From positions 1 through 60,512 of the IMG/VR virus record IMGVR_UViG_3300010354_006477: a stretch of 60,512 nucleotides of DNA, one strand, 5' to 3'. How positions within the stretch are numbered: the first letter of the stretch is position 1; every line of letters starts with the position of its first letter. The position numbers and the translations under genes are program-made. The notes below the pieces were generated by a model. The model was given only the letters and a program-made list of their open reading frames with translations, ran no database searches and had not been told where the DNA came from. Positions 17,616 through 28,698 of the stretch are shown here, in pieces. Origin of the DNA: a virus. Its lineage: Duplodnaviria; Caudoviricetes.

Positions 17616-19019
17616 ATGGCAGAATTACCAAGTAAAACATTTTGTATCCTACCATGGATACATTTAAGCACTAGACCAAATGGCCACATGAGAGTGTGCT
17701 GTACTGCTAATGCCAGTAGCGTTGGGCCCACCAACGACAAAGTATATGGCGGAGAAGTAGGCGTACTTAAAAATGCCGACGGTAAACCTGCTAACTTAAA
17801 TCATACGGACTTTCTAAGTAGTTGGAACAACGACTATATGAAAAATAACCGCTTGCAAATGTTAGCAGGGCAAGAACCTCCTAGCTGTATCAAGTGCTAT
17901 AAAGAAGAACGCGAAGGACATCGCAGTAAGCGTCAATGGGAAACCGAATATTGGAGCAAGCGAGTAGATGTTGACCAGCTAGTACGCGACACAGCAGAAG
18001 ATGGTAGTATTCCTCCCAAGATTAGCTACATTGACATGCGATTTGGTACTAAATGTAACTTGGCTTGCGTAATGTGCAGCCCGCATGACAGTAGCTTATG
18101 GATTCCCGAATGGCAAAAGATGTATCCTCAAGTGCAAAACCCAACACTCAAAGATACAATGCAATGGGGTAACAAAGGACAAGAAAACGGCGCCAGCTAT
18201 AACTGGCACAAGAACAATCCTAAGTTCTGGGAACAGCTTTGGGAACAAGTGCCGCATATGAAACAGCTATACTTTGCTGGCGGCGAACCCTTAATCATTG
18301 AAGAACATTATGCTATATTAGAAGAATGTATTAAGCAAGGTTATGCCAAGGACATGGAAATACGATACAACAGCAACGGTGTTGAATGGCGTGAAGACTT
18401 GTTTGAACTATGGAGTCATTTCAAGCTTGTTCGTTTCCACTACAGCGTTGACGCTATCGAGCAACGCAATGAATACATTCGCTATCCCAGCAAGTGGGCT
18501 CGCACAGTCGAAGCATTTAGACAGCTAGATAACGAAACTACAGACAATGTTGAAATTACCATTGCCTGTGCAGTACAAGCACTGAATATTTATTACATTC
18601 CCGAATTCCTGCGCTGGAAGCTAGAGTTTGGATTTAAGAAAATTAACATGTGGCCATTCGGCGCCGGCGGTGTTAACTATCACTTTGTTTATCATCCACC
18701 GCATCTTAATGTTAAGATATTACCTGCATGGTTTAAAGACGAAATCGAAGCCAAGTATGAAGAGTTTATTCCATGGTGGAAAGCAAACTGGCAAAAAGGT
18801 GTACCCACATGGCATGCGGGTAAAGTTACAGAAGAGCAGTGGCTCAATGCTGACTATGGCATAAGCAGACTGCGTGGCATGGTGCGTTTTGCTAAGAGCG
18901 AGGACTGGAGTCGCAGGCTGCCTGAAACTAAAGAATATTTGGAATTATTGGATCGTCAGAGAGGTACAGACTTCTATTCAACATTTCCAGAAATGAAGGA
19001 CATATTTAGGGATCTTTAA
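17616..19019 (+). CDS. Radical SAM protein with N-terminal twitch-like domain (type B)
   Basis: FCILPW..RVCC...CIKC, then CNLACVMC and AGGEP. Confidence 0.92.
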   Translation: MAELPSKTFCILPWIHLSTRPNGHMRVCCTANASSVGPTNDKVYGGEVGVLKNADGKPANLNHTDFLSSWNNDYMKNNRLQMLAGQEPPSCIKCYKEEREGHRSKRQWETEYWSKRVDVDQLVRDTAEDGSIPPKISYIDMRFGTKCNLACVMCSPHDSSLWIPEWQKMYPQVQNPTLKDTMQWGNKGQENGASYNWHKNNPKFWEQLWEQVPHMKQLYFAGGEPLIIEEHYAILEECIKQGYAKDMEIRYNSNGVEWREDLFELWSHFKLVRFHYSVDAIEQRNEYIRYPSKWARTVEAFRQLDNETTDNVEITIACAVQALNIYYIPEFLRWKLEFGFKKINMWPFGAGGVNYHFVYHPPHLNVKILPAWFKDEIEAKYEEFIPWWKANWQKGVPTWHAGKVTEEQWLNADYGISRLRGMVRFAKSEDWSRRLPETKEYLELLDRQRGTDFYSTFPEMKDIFRDL

Positions 19020-19754
19020 ATGTTTAATAAATTAATTGCATTTGGAGATAGTTGGACCATTGGCGACTGTACAGATTTAATTGAAAAAAATTTAGTCGAC
19101 GACTTGAATCAAGTGACAAAATTTAAAAATTATATTCATGCCAAAATTTTTAAAGAGCCATGGCCCAATCAAGTTGCTAATAAATTAAATATCCCTTGCA
19201 ATAATCTTGCTATTCCGGGTAATTGTAATAAATCTATAATTACTCAAATTTACGATTACCATATTTTTAATAAATTTGAAAAAACAGATTTAGTTTTTGT
19301 TTTATTATCAACGTGGCATAGAAGATATAAATGGGAGAGAAATGATATTCTTCAATTTAATAAAATTCATTTTGAGAATTCCGGTTCTTATTATATTTCG
19401 GATTTCCCGCTCAGAGAGACGATTAAATCATGGAGACATGATCCCAACAATCCGATTCTGCGCCCCGATACTCAGCAACTTTCTTATGATACCTGGTTTG
19501 ATTTTATCACAATACGATCTTTTTTAAATTATGTCGGCGTGAATTTTTACATTGGTTGGGCATTCTCAACAATCGATGATTTTGATTGGATGTTGCCGAA
19601 TAAATATGCCGACGAAATAAAACAAACAAAGAATCTAATAGATTCATTTATAAATTATTGTGAAGTAGTAAATCACGACACTTTATTACATCCGAATCTA
19701 GATGATCACATTCGATATGCAAATTATATCTATAATAGGATTTATAAATCATGA
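19020..19754 (+). CDS. SGNH/GDSL-like protein
   Basis: FGDSWTIG, NLAIPGNCN, C-terminal HP. Confidence 0.7.
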   Translation: MFNKLIAFGDSWTIGDCTDLIEKNLVDDLNQVTKFKNYIHAKIFKEPWPNQVANKLNIPCNNLAIPGNCNKSIITQIYDYHIFNKFEKTDLVFVLLSTWHRRYKWERNDILQFNKIHFENSGSYYISDFPLRETIKSWRHDPNNPILRPDTQQLSYDTWFDFITIRSFLNYVGVNFYIGWAFSTIDDFDWMLPNKYADEIKQTKNLIDSFINYCEVVNHDTLLHPNLDDHIRYANYIYNRIYKS

Positions 19755-20476
19755 CATTTAAAGGAAAAACACTAGTAGCCACAGGATGTAGTCATACTTA
19801 CGGCAGTTTTTTAATTGATAATGAAGAAACAACTTGTCACGCAAGATCGTGGGTTAAAAAACTAGAACGAATCGGCGAGTTCGATCATTCTGTTAATTTG
19901 GCCACAGGCGGCGGATCCAATGGTAGAGCTTTTAGAGTTATAAAAGAATATATTCTGGCCAATCTCAATTGTCTGCATGACAAAGTTATTATGTTTGGTA
20001 TTACCGAACCCGCTAGATTTGAATTACCGTCGCCGGTGAATTTTAATTTGGATAGAGACTTAACATTTAAATCCAACTATTTTATGAATAAGTTTGGACC
20101 ATGGCAAATAAACAATAACGATCAGCTGGGTAAATTTTTGCCTTTCGCAGAAACTTATTTTGGATGCTTTACAGTAGATCGACATCTAAGACATACTTTA
20201 TTCTTAGATATGTTTGCAATGCATATTTTATTAAAACATTTCAATATTGAACACTATTTTTTTGCATTCCGAGTTTATCGTGAATATTTTAAAGGGTATC
20301 CGATAGATATGTTGCCTCTATTTTTCTTTAATAATGGCGACGCAGTTGATTTTGCTAAATCAAAAGGCTTTAAAGTTGGCAAAAACATTATTCCCAGCGT
20401 AGACTGCAATCATCTAGATCATGACGGCAATCAGTTCATAGCTGAATGTATATACGAAATGATCAAACCAAAATGA
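19751..20476 (+). CDS. SGNH/GDSL-like protein
   Basis: GCSHTYG, NLATGGGSN, DCNHLDHDGNQ. Confidence 0.7.
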   Translation: MTFKGKTLVATGCSHTYGSFLIDNEETTCHARSWVKKLERIGEFDHSVNLATGGGSNGRAFRVIKEYILANLNCLHDKVIMFGITEPARFELPSPVNFNLDRDLTFKSNYFMNKFGPWQINNNDQLGKFLPFAETYFGCFTVDRHLRHTLFLDMFAMHILLKHFNIEHYFFAFRVYREYFKGYPIDMLPLFFFNNGDAVDFAKSKGFKVGKNIIPSVDCNHLDHDGNQFIAECIYEMIKPK

Positions 20477-20480
20477 CAAT

Positions 20481-21239
20481 ATGGATTTTTCTAAGACAAC
20501 ATTAGTGGCATTCGGCGATAGCTTTGTCTATGGACAATATGAAGATGACTTAAATTATCAATCATGTTGGAACAGAAGCTGGGTAAGTAAATTAGAAAAA
20601 CTCGGAAGATTTAAATCCAGTATCAATTTGGCTGCCCCGGGTGCATCTAACAGCAGATCATTCAGAATGTTGTTAAAGTTTTTAGATGAAATATATTCTC
20701 CAGAAGAGAATTATTTAATCATCTATGCTATAACTGATTTATCTAGATTTGAAGTCTGTCTTAGTGCAGATGATTTTTCATACTTTAAGTTTGTTGACAT
20801 AGTACACAGTCCATATGATACAGCAGCTAATGATACTAAAATAGCACCAATTGGTCCCTGGATATTTAACAATCCAAAATCTTGTTGTGATGATGCCAGA
20901 GTAATTGATTCCTTAAAGATGTATTATGGATTTTTAACTAATAAGAACTATCATGAGAAGATGTTTGCACAGCAATTGCTAGCAATAAATAATTTAATGG
21001 CAGCAAACGGCCTAAAACATCACTATATGACAACACTGGACAGCAACTTTTTTTTAAAACAATTTTCTAAGTACAAAATTGAATTGCCGATAATTCAACA
21101 TCGACATGGTCGCCATTTAACTATTACAGATTTCCTTAGTGAATCTGGTTTTAAGCCAGGGTCTTGCGGGCACTTTGATCATGACGGGAATCAGTTTTTA
21201 GCTGAAAATATATACAGTCAAATTAAAGGACAGTCATGA
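20481..21239 (+). CDS. SGNH/GDSL-like protein, paralog of 19751..20476
   Basis: FGDSFVYG, RSWVSKLE, NLAAPGASN, CGHFDHDGNQ. Confidence 0.7.
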   Translation: MDFSKTTLVAFGDSFVYGQYEDDLNYQSCWNRSWVSKLEKLGRFKSSINLAAPGASNSRSFRMLLKFLDEIYSPEENYLIIYAITDLSRFEVCLSADDFSYFKFVDIVHSPYDTAANDTKIAPIGPWIFNNPKSCCDDARVIDSLKMYYGFLTNKNYHEKMFAQQLLAINNLMAANGLKHHYMTTLDSNFFLKQFSKYKIELPIIQHRHGRHLTITDFLSESGFKPGSCGHFDHDGNQFLAENIYSQIKGQS

Positions 21240-22066
21240 TGAATATCACAAATTTAGAATATGTTCCGGGCGATAATTTAATAAAAGAATTCATTCCTGT
21301 TGATCCCACTGAACACAGTCGTTGGATGAGTACCTGGAGCGATAGTAGTTATGCAGTTGACAATGTGTTCACTGAAGACGAGTTAATCTGGTTGGAAGAT
21401 TTAATGCATCGTGAACATAGAACTCGTCGAGTAAAGAAAAACGGCACACTGCATTTTAATGTTGATAATCGACGCATACAAGATAAATTTTTTGGAAAAT
21501 TAAAAGAGGTTATTCCTGAACTTACAAATGATACCCTCTGGGAAGGCAATTTTTTAATTACATCCACGCCTTATAATTTACATATCGATACCGGTAATCC
21601 TAACACATTAAAAGACAGTGACAGCATACCAGGTAAACAATTTATTATTCCGCTGTGGATATGTCATACAAATAAAGAGCAAGAAGATCCTATGTGCGGT
21701 ACTGCGATATTTAAAAATCGTTTTTTAATGTATGGTACAAACTTTGCCAAGGGCGATCCTAAATATGATACAAATGTTTTTTACACTGTGCGAGATTATA
21801 ATAATTTAATCTGTTATAACAGAGATGGTAGTATTTGGAATGTTGATTGGAACAAACAAACCATCGACAATGATCTTTATCAGCAATACTTTACACATTT
21901 TAATCGCCGTTGGTTAGAAGGATTTGAACTCGAAGCTGTTTATAATTGGAAACGCGGTGGCATTATTGTATTTGATCGCTGTCAGGCACATAGCGGGATT
22001 AATTTCATGAAAAATGGTGTTACTATGAAGTGCGGCCTTAGCATGATGACTACTATTAAAAAATGA
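21236..22066 (+). CDS. Putative 2OG-Fe(II) oxygenase
   Basis: HID (HxD), GTAIF strand and distal FDRCQAHSG His. Confidence 0.6.
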   Translation: MMNITNLEYVPGDNLIKEFIPVDPTEHSRWMSTWSDSSYAVDNVFTEDELIWLEDLMHREHRTRRVKKNGTLHFNVDNRRIQDKFFGKLKEVIPELTNDTLWEGNFLITSTPYNLHIDTGNPNTLKDSDSIPGKQFIIPLWICHTNKEQEDPMCGTAIFKNRFLMYGTNFAKGDPKYDTNVFYTVRDYNNLICYNRDGSIWNVDWNKQTIDNDLYQQYFTHFNRRWLEGFELEAVYNWKRGGIIVFDRCQAHSGINFMKNGVTMKCGLSMMTTIKK

Positions 22067-23127
22067 TTAGATTAGAAGATATACAAACTGTTCATGTTGA
22101 AGCCAGTAGTAGATGCAATAGTTACTGTCCCATGTGCAGTAGATACACTGGCCATGGAGATTTGCAGCCTGATTTGGTAGAGCAAGATTTGCGGCCTGAA
22201 ATTTTTTATAAATTGTTTACAAAAGACTTTGTTAGTCAGTTGCAGCATGTGTATTTCAGTGGCGTATATGGAGATCCTTGTCTCAATAAACAGTTGCCGG
22301 AATTTGTTCATTATCTATTAGATAATGGGTGCAAAGGAGTCAGCATTGACACTAATGGCGGATATCGAGATGTAGATTGGTGGGCCAGCTTGGCACATGA
22401 TAGATTACAAGTAAATTTTTCATTAGATGGCACAGATAACGAAACCCTGCAAAAATATAGAATTGGTGTTGTATATGATAAAGTAATTGCAAACCTTAGA
22501 GCATTTGTACAAGCTGGCGGCCAAGCCCAGTGGAATTTCATCGTATTCAAACATAATGAACATCAAGTTGATCATGCCAGTCAATTAGCTCATGAAATAG
22601 GAGCAAAATTTAGACTTAAGGTAACTCAAAAGTTTCGCGGCAATAGAGATTTTAAAATCATGATCAAACAACAGTTTGTGGGAGTATTGGAACCGCCTGT
22701 TAATGAAAAATATCGACATAACAATATAGGCACCAAAGAACATGTGCCTATAACAATGTTTAAGTTTAATATTGATAATTATGAAAAATTAAATAATAAT
22801 AAAATAAATTGTAAAAGCCTAGAACGAAAAGAAATTTATTTAGGATCAGACGGCACGCTAATGCCCTGTTGTTATTTAGGAACTCATACTCATGATAGCC
22901 CAGGCGCCTGGCAATTAAACGAATTATATGATATCAGCGATTTTGATCTTAAGAAACGGACTGTCGAAGAAATTCTTATTAAGATGTTTGACATCAGTAA
23001 TAAATGGTCCGATACAGTTAAAAATGGCAATTTGATCACTTGTTTGCATACCTGCGGCAGTGTTGAGAACACTACATTATATTATTCTAATAATTTAAAT
23101 AAACAAAGTATATTGGATCAACAGTGA
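22063..23127 (+). CDS. Radical SAM protein with C-terminal SPASM/twitch-like domain (type A)
   Basis: CNSYCPMC, SGVYGDP, FSLDG, PCCY, CLHTC. Confidence 0.9.
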   Translation: MIRLEDIQTVHVEASSRCNSYCPMCSRYTGHGDLQPDLVEQDLRPEIFYKLFTKDFVSQLQHVYFSGVYGDPCLNKQLPEFVHYLLDNGCKGVSIDTNGGYRDVDWWASLAHDRLQVNFSLDGTDNETLQKYRIGVVYDKVIANLRAFVQAGGQAQWNFIVFKHNEHQVDHASQLAHEIGAKFRLKVTQKFRGNRDFKIMIKQQFVGVLEPPVNEKYRHNNIGTKEHVPITMFKFNIDNYEKLNNNKINCKSLERKEIYLGSDGTLMPCCYLGTHTHDSPGAWQLNELYDISDFDLKKRTVEEILIKMFDISNKWSDTVKNGNLITCLHTCGSVENTTLYYSNNLNKQSILDQQ

Positions 23128-24392
23128 CAACTAGTAAAACATTTTGTATAATGCCATTTATACATCAAAATATTAAACACGAAGGCAAGGTCGGCGCATG
23201 CTGGCGCTATCCTGATCGCATAGGTGATTATCGCAGTCAAAGCTTAGAAGAAATATGGAACAGCGAAAAAACACGAGAACTGCGTAGAGCTGTATTAAAC
23301 GGTGAAAGACCCGAAGGATGTCGCAGTTGCTGGGATTTCGAAGACAGCGGTGTTGCCAGTACAAGGCAGACCTGTAATGAAACTTACAGCGGTAAACAAT
23401 ATCAAATGAACTTTGATGAAATTGTTGCTAATGTAGCTGAAGATTATTCAATGCCGTATCAACCCCGCAGCATTGAAATTAGATTTGATAACACTTGTAA
23501 TTTACGCTGTAGACATTGCAGCCCTACTTACAGCAGTCAGTGGGAAAACCTAGCATTCAAAGATCCCGCAGTAAAAGAATTCTTTGTTAAATGGGGAGCA
23601 GGTCGCTTAGAAAAGAAACATATCAGTTTGCCTGAGCGCAGCTTTGAGGAATTTAAATCAGCTATTCCATACTTGCGAGAAGTGTTAATTGCCGGTGGCG
23701 AACCTTTACAGCAAAAGCGTCACTGGGAAATGATTGAAGCCATGAGCGAACATGCTCATAATATTACACTAAGTTATAACAGCAATTTAGTAGCTCTGGG
23801 TATAGGTTTTTATAATGTACTAGATCATTGGCCCAAGTTTAAAAAGATTATCTTGCGTGTCAGCATTGACGGTGACGACAAGACTTTTGGTTATTTTAGA
23901 ACTAACGGCGATATCAACAAAATTATTGCCAATGTGCAAAAGCTTCATGCCTTAACTAATATTGAAATGAGTTTGACTACTACCATTAGCATTTATAATA
24001 TCAGTAGACTAGTTGATATTGTTAAGTTCGTTAATGCGGCCGGCGGCTTATTTCATACTAGCATTGTACAATATCCCAAAGCAATTAATCCTAAAGTATT
24101 GCCCAAAGATATCAAAGATCAAATAACTGCCGAATGGGCAGCATTTAAATCTACGCTAGACACTGACGCTGAACTATGGCTGCACGATAAATGGCAAAAT
24201 GCTAAACTAGTTGAAACACAAAAGCGCAGAATTATTCGCTACGGCGATTATGCTGTTAATTACATGAATGCCGAAGACTATAGCAGTGACTTAAAAGAAA
24301 CTGCAGATTATATTAACTTCATGGATCAACACAACAACACAGATTTTAAATCTGTTTATCCTGAATTAGTTTCCGTTCTCTCGTCTAAATAA
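23124..24392 (+). CDS. Radical SAM protein with N-terminal twitch-like domain (type B)
   Basis: FCIMPF..AC...CRSC, then CNLRCRHC and AGGEP. GTG start. Confidence 0.9.
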   Translation: MTTSKTFCIMPFIHQNIKHEGKVGACWRYPDRIGDYRSQSLEEIWNSEKTRELRRAVLNGERPEGCRSCWDFEDSGVASTRQTCNETYSGKQYQMNFDEIVANVAEDYSMPYQPRSIEIRFDNTCNLRCRHCSPTYSSQWENLAFKDPAVKEFFVKWGAGRLEKKHISLPERSFEEFKSAIPYLREVLIAGGEPLQQKRHWEMIEAMSEHAHNITLSYNSNLVALGIGFYNVLDHWPKFKKIILRVSIDGDDKTFGYFRTNGDINKIIANVQKLHALTNIEMSLTTTISIYNISRLVDIVKFVNAAGGLFHTSIVQYPKAINPKVLPKDIKDQITAEWAAFKSTLDTDAELWLHDKWQNAKLVETQKRRIIRYGDYAVNYMNAEDYSSDLKETADYINFMDQHNNTDFKSVYPELVSVLSSK

Positions 24393-26459
24393 CTCTATTT
24401 TTTCAAGTAAATGTGGCAAATAATTATTGATAGAATTATTTCTAATTTTATCTATTTTAGAAATATACTCTAAGAACATGTTTACAGAGTTTATATTACC
24501 CTGAGATTTACGAATATGTTCTTCTAGTTTCCGTAAACTGGACCTAATAGATCTTGGAATGTCTGGAAGATGCGGATATAATGTAGCAAAGTTTTTTCTA
24601 AAGTATACAATCCATTCACTTACTTCGGAATAGTATTTAGAAGGCAGTATACTCAGATTAAGATAGTTTGGATCAAAAACTGGCTGCAGTTTAAAGAAAC
24701 CTAGATGACTATCGTCATTGGAATCGTCTGCTGCTATTTCTTCATCTGCAAACTTAATCTCAACTCCGTTGGCAATAAGTTTGTCAAACCACCATGTCAT
24801 TAGCTTGGGTATTTCTAAGACATTCAATATACTCAAAGTAGTTGACATGATCAATGGTATGTTGTTGTGTTTTTTTGTAACATCAATCCAAAAATCTAAT
24901 GCATTGCTAACTGTTTGTTTAGCATCTCCGCTCCATTGACTTCCATATCTGATATAATCATTGATACTACCCATGGCGTCGATGCTAAGATTAAGCTGTA
25001 CAATTTTAAACTTGGGAAGATTTTCCAAGAGCTTGGGACTTGGAATATAGCTGCAATTAGTATAAATCTCTAATGCAATGTTTTCAGGATTGCCAAATTC
25101 CACAATGTGATCAATGAACTTAATGAATTCGGGATTGATCATTGGCTCACCACCGGTGAATTTAATAATCTTAAGTGTTTGTAAATGATCTTTCTCTAAT
25201 TCGAACTTTAAGTTATCCAATTTAGGATATATTAATCTTTTCATTGGTTGGCTAATAACTTCGTTTAATTTTACTTCATCTTCATACCATGTTGTGCTGA
25301 GTGTACTGTTACAAGTTAAACAAGCCATATTGCAATAATTGCCGAAACCCACTTCTAAGAATTCTAAACGAGGTTTTTCAAAATCTGGTTTTTTATGCAA
25401 AAAACCATCGTTATACAATATGCTTGAGCCCAGTCGCATTGACACGGGCACATCGCTGTCGGGTAATCCTATCTTTTCTTCGCTGTAACATTTATGGCAG
25501 CCTGCTATAGGTTTATTTTCTATTGTAAATTGTCTAGCTTTATTCCAAAAGTTACTGCTACTAAAAGTATCTTTAATCGAAGAATTTTGTATGTCTAGAA
25601 GTTTATATTTTTCTAAAAATAATTCCGATAAGTTTTCTCCTTTGAGATATTCGCCGGTTTCGAAATCACGTTGTTCTTTAATGTTGTCGTAGCGGCAACA
25701 TAATTTGCTTTGGCCTGTAGGTTTATACTGTATATGCATCCATGGAAGAATACAGAAAGTCGGATGCATTGACACATATATCTCGCCTGCATACTTTTCA
25801 TATGGCTTATTTTCGCTGTCAACGGTGTCAATTTTTGTAGTAAATTTTTTAAAACTTTTCCTCCATAGCAAATGAAGTATGTTGTTCATTGCGTCTGCAT
25901 ATTTCTCTTTGGGATAGTTTTCTGGATTAAAACCTAAGAAAGCATATTGTTTTTTGCTACTATCTAATGCTTCTAAACTATCTAAGAAATTTATAAATTT
26001 TTTATTTTCTTCGATGATATCGATTTCCATAAACTCAAATTCTGCATTCTGAAATGCTTGCCAGCATGATTTAAAATCCATAACTTGGAGACCTAGTTCC
26101 TGCAGGGCCTGTTGGTCTTGCTTCATAATTTTGCCAAGTTGTGTATTCATCTCCAACGGAGATTTATCGTACTCTTTACATGTAATACCTAATTTAATTT
26201 CTCCTGCTTTGATATGATCAGCGAAAGAATCAAATTCGCCATCCCAAGTCATCATATGCTTAAACATTTCGATATGCTTGGGGTTTTTGTCATAGATATA
26301 AAACTTACACTTAGTAATCACTGTTCTAAAGCTATATGCTCGCTGTAGCATTCTAATTACGCTGTCTGCGGTGGTTATATATCTAGTATATATTGAACCT
26401 CTTAGTGAGCCTTTATTATTGGCTGTAATATGGTCATCGATAATTAAATAAGGTTTCAT
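24366..26459 (-). CDS. Type B radical SAM protein with an extra ~230-aa N-terminal domain
   Basis: FCILPW..LCC...CHKC, CNMACLTC, TGGEP. Confidence 0.88.
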   Translation of the reverse strand: MKPYLIIDDHITANNKGSLRGSIYTRYITTADSVIRMLQRAYSFRTVITKCKFYIYDKNPKHIEMFKHMMTWDGEFDSFADHIKAGEIKLGITCKEYDKSPLEMNTQLGKIMKQDQQALQELGLQVMDFKSCWQAFQNAEFEFMEIDIIEENKKFINFLDSLEALDSSKKQYAFLGFNPENYPKEKYADAMNNILHLLWRKSFKKFTTKIDTVDSENKPYEKYAGEIYVSMHPTFCILPWMHIQYKPTGQSKLCCRYDNIKEQRDFETGEYLKGENLSELFLEKYKLLDIQNSSIKDTFSSSNFWNKARQFTIENKPIAGCHKCYSEEKIGLPDSDVPVSMRLGSSILYNDGFLHKKPDFEKPRLEFLEVGFGNYCNMACLTCNSTLSTTWYEDEVKLNEVISQPMKRLIYPKLDNLKFELEKDHLQTLKIIKFTGGEPMINPEFIKFIDHIVEFGNPENIALEIYTNCSYIPSPKLLENLPKFKIVQLNLSIDAMGSINDYIRYGSQWSGDAKQTVSNALDFWIDVTKKHNNIPLIMSTTLSILNVLEIPKLMTWWFDKLIANGVEIKFADEEIAADDSNDDSHLGFFKLQPVFDPNYLNLSILPSKYYSEVSEWIVYFRKNFATLYPHLPDIPRSIRSSLRKLEEHIRKSQGNINSVNMFLEYISKIDKIRNNSINNYLPHLLEKIELFRRENGN

Positions 26460-27937
26460 CTTGTTAGGGGTGCTTTTAAAAATTCAATCGCGTCATCGAA
26501 TGATTGCCACTTCTGAACATCTGTACCAGGATCTTTATAGTCTACAAAGCCGCCAACTTTTTTTGATAGAGCTTCGATCGACGCACTAATACCTTTTCGT
26601 AGATTGTTGTAGCCATAACCGATAATATTAAGTCGCCATCCAGCAATATCGCTTAAACAAATATAAACATTTTTTCCAGAAACTAGTTTCAATACCTTAT
26701 AAGGATCTTCTAGCATATCCGCTTCGATAAAATCGTGTTTAAAGTTTTTAAACCGTTGCCAGCAATCCTGTAAGTCTTGTTCGTCTTTAAAGAATGGGAG
26801 GATAGTTTCATATACTTCGCTAAAGTCTTTCATGGAGTGCATATGAAATACATTTTTATTTTTAGCTTTCCATTCGTCGGAAATCTCAGTCAAAACTGTT
26901 ATCAAGTGGTTTTTACTGCCATCCCACTGTTCTATAATTCGCTTTCGAATGTCTACACATTGTTTAATAATATCAAAGTGAATAACATGTACATCTTTTC
27001 GCGGTCCGGTCTTATGCATACTAACAATAAAGTCTTTGAAACCGCTACTAGGTAATATCATAGTATCTACTACATTCCAATCAATTTGCTCGGGAATAAT
27101 TGGCAAATAGTCTTCTGTATTTTTGATAAAGCATTGCCATTTGTTCCCTTCAATTCTGCTAGGATATTTACTAGATATAACGAAGTCAAATACTTTTTTG
27201 TACTGATCGTTTAATTTAGGCATGAGTTGTATTGCTTGCCAAAAGTTATTAAAAAGCTCCGGGTTTACTTCGGGATACAAATATGTCTGTACAGATCTAA
27301 TCCTGTCTGGCAAGTTATAAACGGGAAGGCCTGCTTTCATTGAAGCATCTATAATGTTCCAGCCCTTTTTAACTTTAGTTTCGACTGTGCCGACATCGGC
27401 TTTAATATCTATGGGAGTATAGTTATCATGTACACATTGATCATTAGGTATTATTTTTGTTACAGTTTCTTTCTCTGACTCTTTGCCCCAGTTAGGACAT
27501 CCTAGTTCGTGCCATTTTTTAATATTAATAATAGCTGTAATAGGATATAGCCAGTAACTGTCTTTCCATTGTTCTGCTCGGGGATCATTAAACAATAGTC
27601 TATTTTTATATTGATCCATGACATGACCGACTACTAACCATTCTCCGTTAGTATCTTCATCTAATTTTCTAACAAAGTCTACGCATTCATGATGATATCT
27701 ATAGATATTTGTAATATTTCCTTCCCATGTTAATATAGCAAAGTTAATATTATGATTATACGCAGCTTCTAAACAAGCATCTTCGGTTTCCCTAATCATA
27801 GTTAGTATAGGATTATTAGGAAGGAAATCCATGCATAAATTGCGTTGATAAAATGTTTTAAAACTATCTCTAACAATGGGGTCTATTTCTAAATTCTCTT
27901 TGTCAAAGACCAAAAGATTAGTAAAAGTTTTATTCAT
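26456..27937 (-). CDS. Hypothetical protein; C-terminal half resembles the N-terminus of the adjacent radical SAM protein
   Basis: 493-aa ORF coupled to its neighbours. Shares WDG and CWQxFxN...FxExD motifs with 24366..26459. Confidence 0.6.
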   Translation of the reverse strand: MNKTFTNLLVFDKENLEIDPIVRDSFKTFYQRNLCMDFLPNNPILTMIRETEDACLEAAYNHNINFAILTWEGNITNIYRYHHECVDFVRKLDEDTNGEWLVVGHVMDQYKNRLLFNDPRAEQWKDSYWLYPITAIINIKKWHELGCPNWGKESEKETVTKIIPNDQCVHDNYTPIDIKADVGTVETKVKKGWNIIDASMKAGLPVYNLPDRIRSVQTYLYPEVNPELFNNFWQAIQLMPKLNDQYKKVFDFVISSKYPSRIEGNKWQCFIKNTEDYLPIIPEQIDWNVVDTMILPSSGFKDFIVSMHKTGPRKDVHVIHFDIIKQCVDIRKRIIEQWDGSKNHLITVLTEISDEWKAKNKNVFHMHSMKDFSEVYETILPFFKDEQDLQDCWQRFKNFKHDFIEADMLEDPYKVLKLVSGKNVYICLSDIAGWRLNIIGYGYNNLRKGISASIEALSKKVGGFVDYKDPGTDVQKWQSFDDAIEFLKAPLTR

Positions 27938-28667
27938 ATATAGTTTTCCAATTTAGATAATTTTGATAAATTCTATTATTCCAACTTGCCCCCATGCGTC
28001 CATGTACAATTATATGATAGCGGTCTTGATTGCTGTGGTTATACACACTGTGAACATTGTAAAGATTTAATTTCATCATTCGGCCTGCACGCCATGGTAA
28101 GTATCCAATGTTGTCCATGTAAAATTTACAATCATCGGGATTATTCAATGCAATATTTACAGGACCGATATGATTTTCTTCTTGCTTTAAACTGTCTTTG
28201 TGCGGTATAATCCACCCGCCTGGTGCTAGCTTCATTATTCTTATTCTAAAATATTTTGTATAATCGAATTGGGTTTTGAAAAAATTAGTGATAGTGGGGC
28301 ACCAATCTGCAACATCAGTCCAACGCCATGGTGCAGTGTCATCGGTAAATCCATATGTATGACAGCTTTCAGTATGTATACTGCTGAGTCCATGAATAAC
28401 TAAACTGCTCCAACCATAATGACTTTCGTGTGTTCTGTGTGGAATATAATGTTTAGATAAATTTTTTGCTTCGGCTAGCATTCGATCCCAGTCTTGATCA
28501 GTTTCCCAATCGATCGGTAAAAATGCGATGTCAGAGCTCTTGTTAACTTCGCTGCCTGTTTTTAAATCTTTTGGATATCTTAGTTTGGCCGGATAATTGT
28601 TTCGATTGGAAAAACTTTCGGCACTTTCGCTGCTAACACCATATTCATTGACTAAAGCCTCAGACAT
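27930..28667 (-). CDS. Aspartyl/asparaginyl beta-hydroxylase-like 2OG-Fe(II) oxygenase
   Basis: RIRIMKLAPGGWIIPHKD, HSVYN, RYHIIVHG. Confidence 0.85.
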   Translation of the reverse strand: MSEALVNEYGVSSESAESFSNRNNYPAKLRYPKDLKTGSEVNKSSDIAFLPIDWETDQDWDRMLAEAKNLSKHYIPHRTHESHYGWSSLVIHGLSSIHTESCHTYGFTDDTAPWRWTDVADWCPTITNFFKTQFDYTKYFRIRIMKLAPGGWIIPHKDSLKQEENHIGPVNIALNNPDDCKFYMDNIGYLPWRAGRMMKLNLYNVHSVYNHSNQDRYHIIVHGRMGASWNNRIYQNYLNWKTIYE

Positions 28668-28681
28668 TATATCTCCGTGTA

Positions 28682-28698
28682 GATAAATATTATTTATC
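28682..28698. promoter_or_regulatory. Palindromic GATAAATA-T-TATTTATC; putative back-to-back late-type promoters
   Basis: Perfect 8-bp inverted repeat in the short divergent gap. Each arm differs by one base from the T4 late box TATAAATA. Confidence 0.5.
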
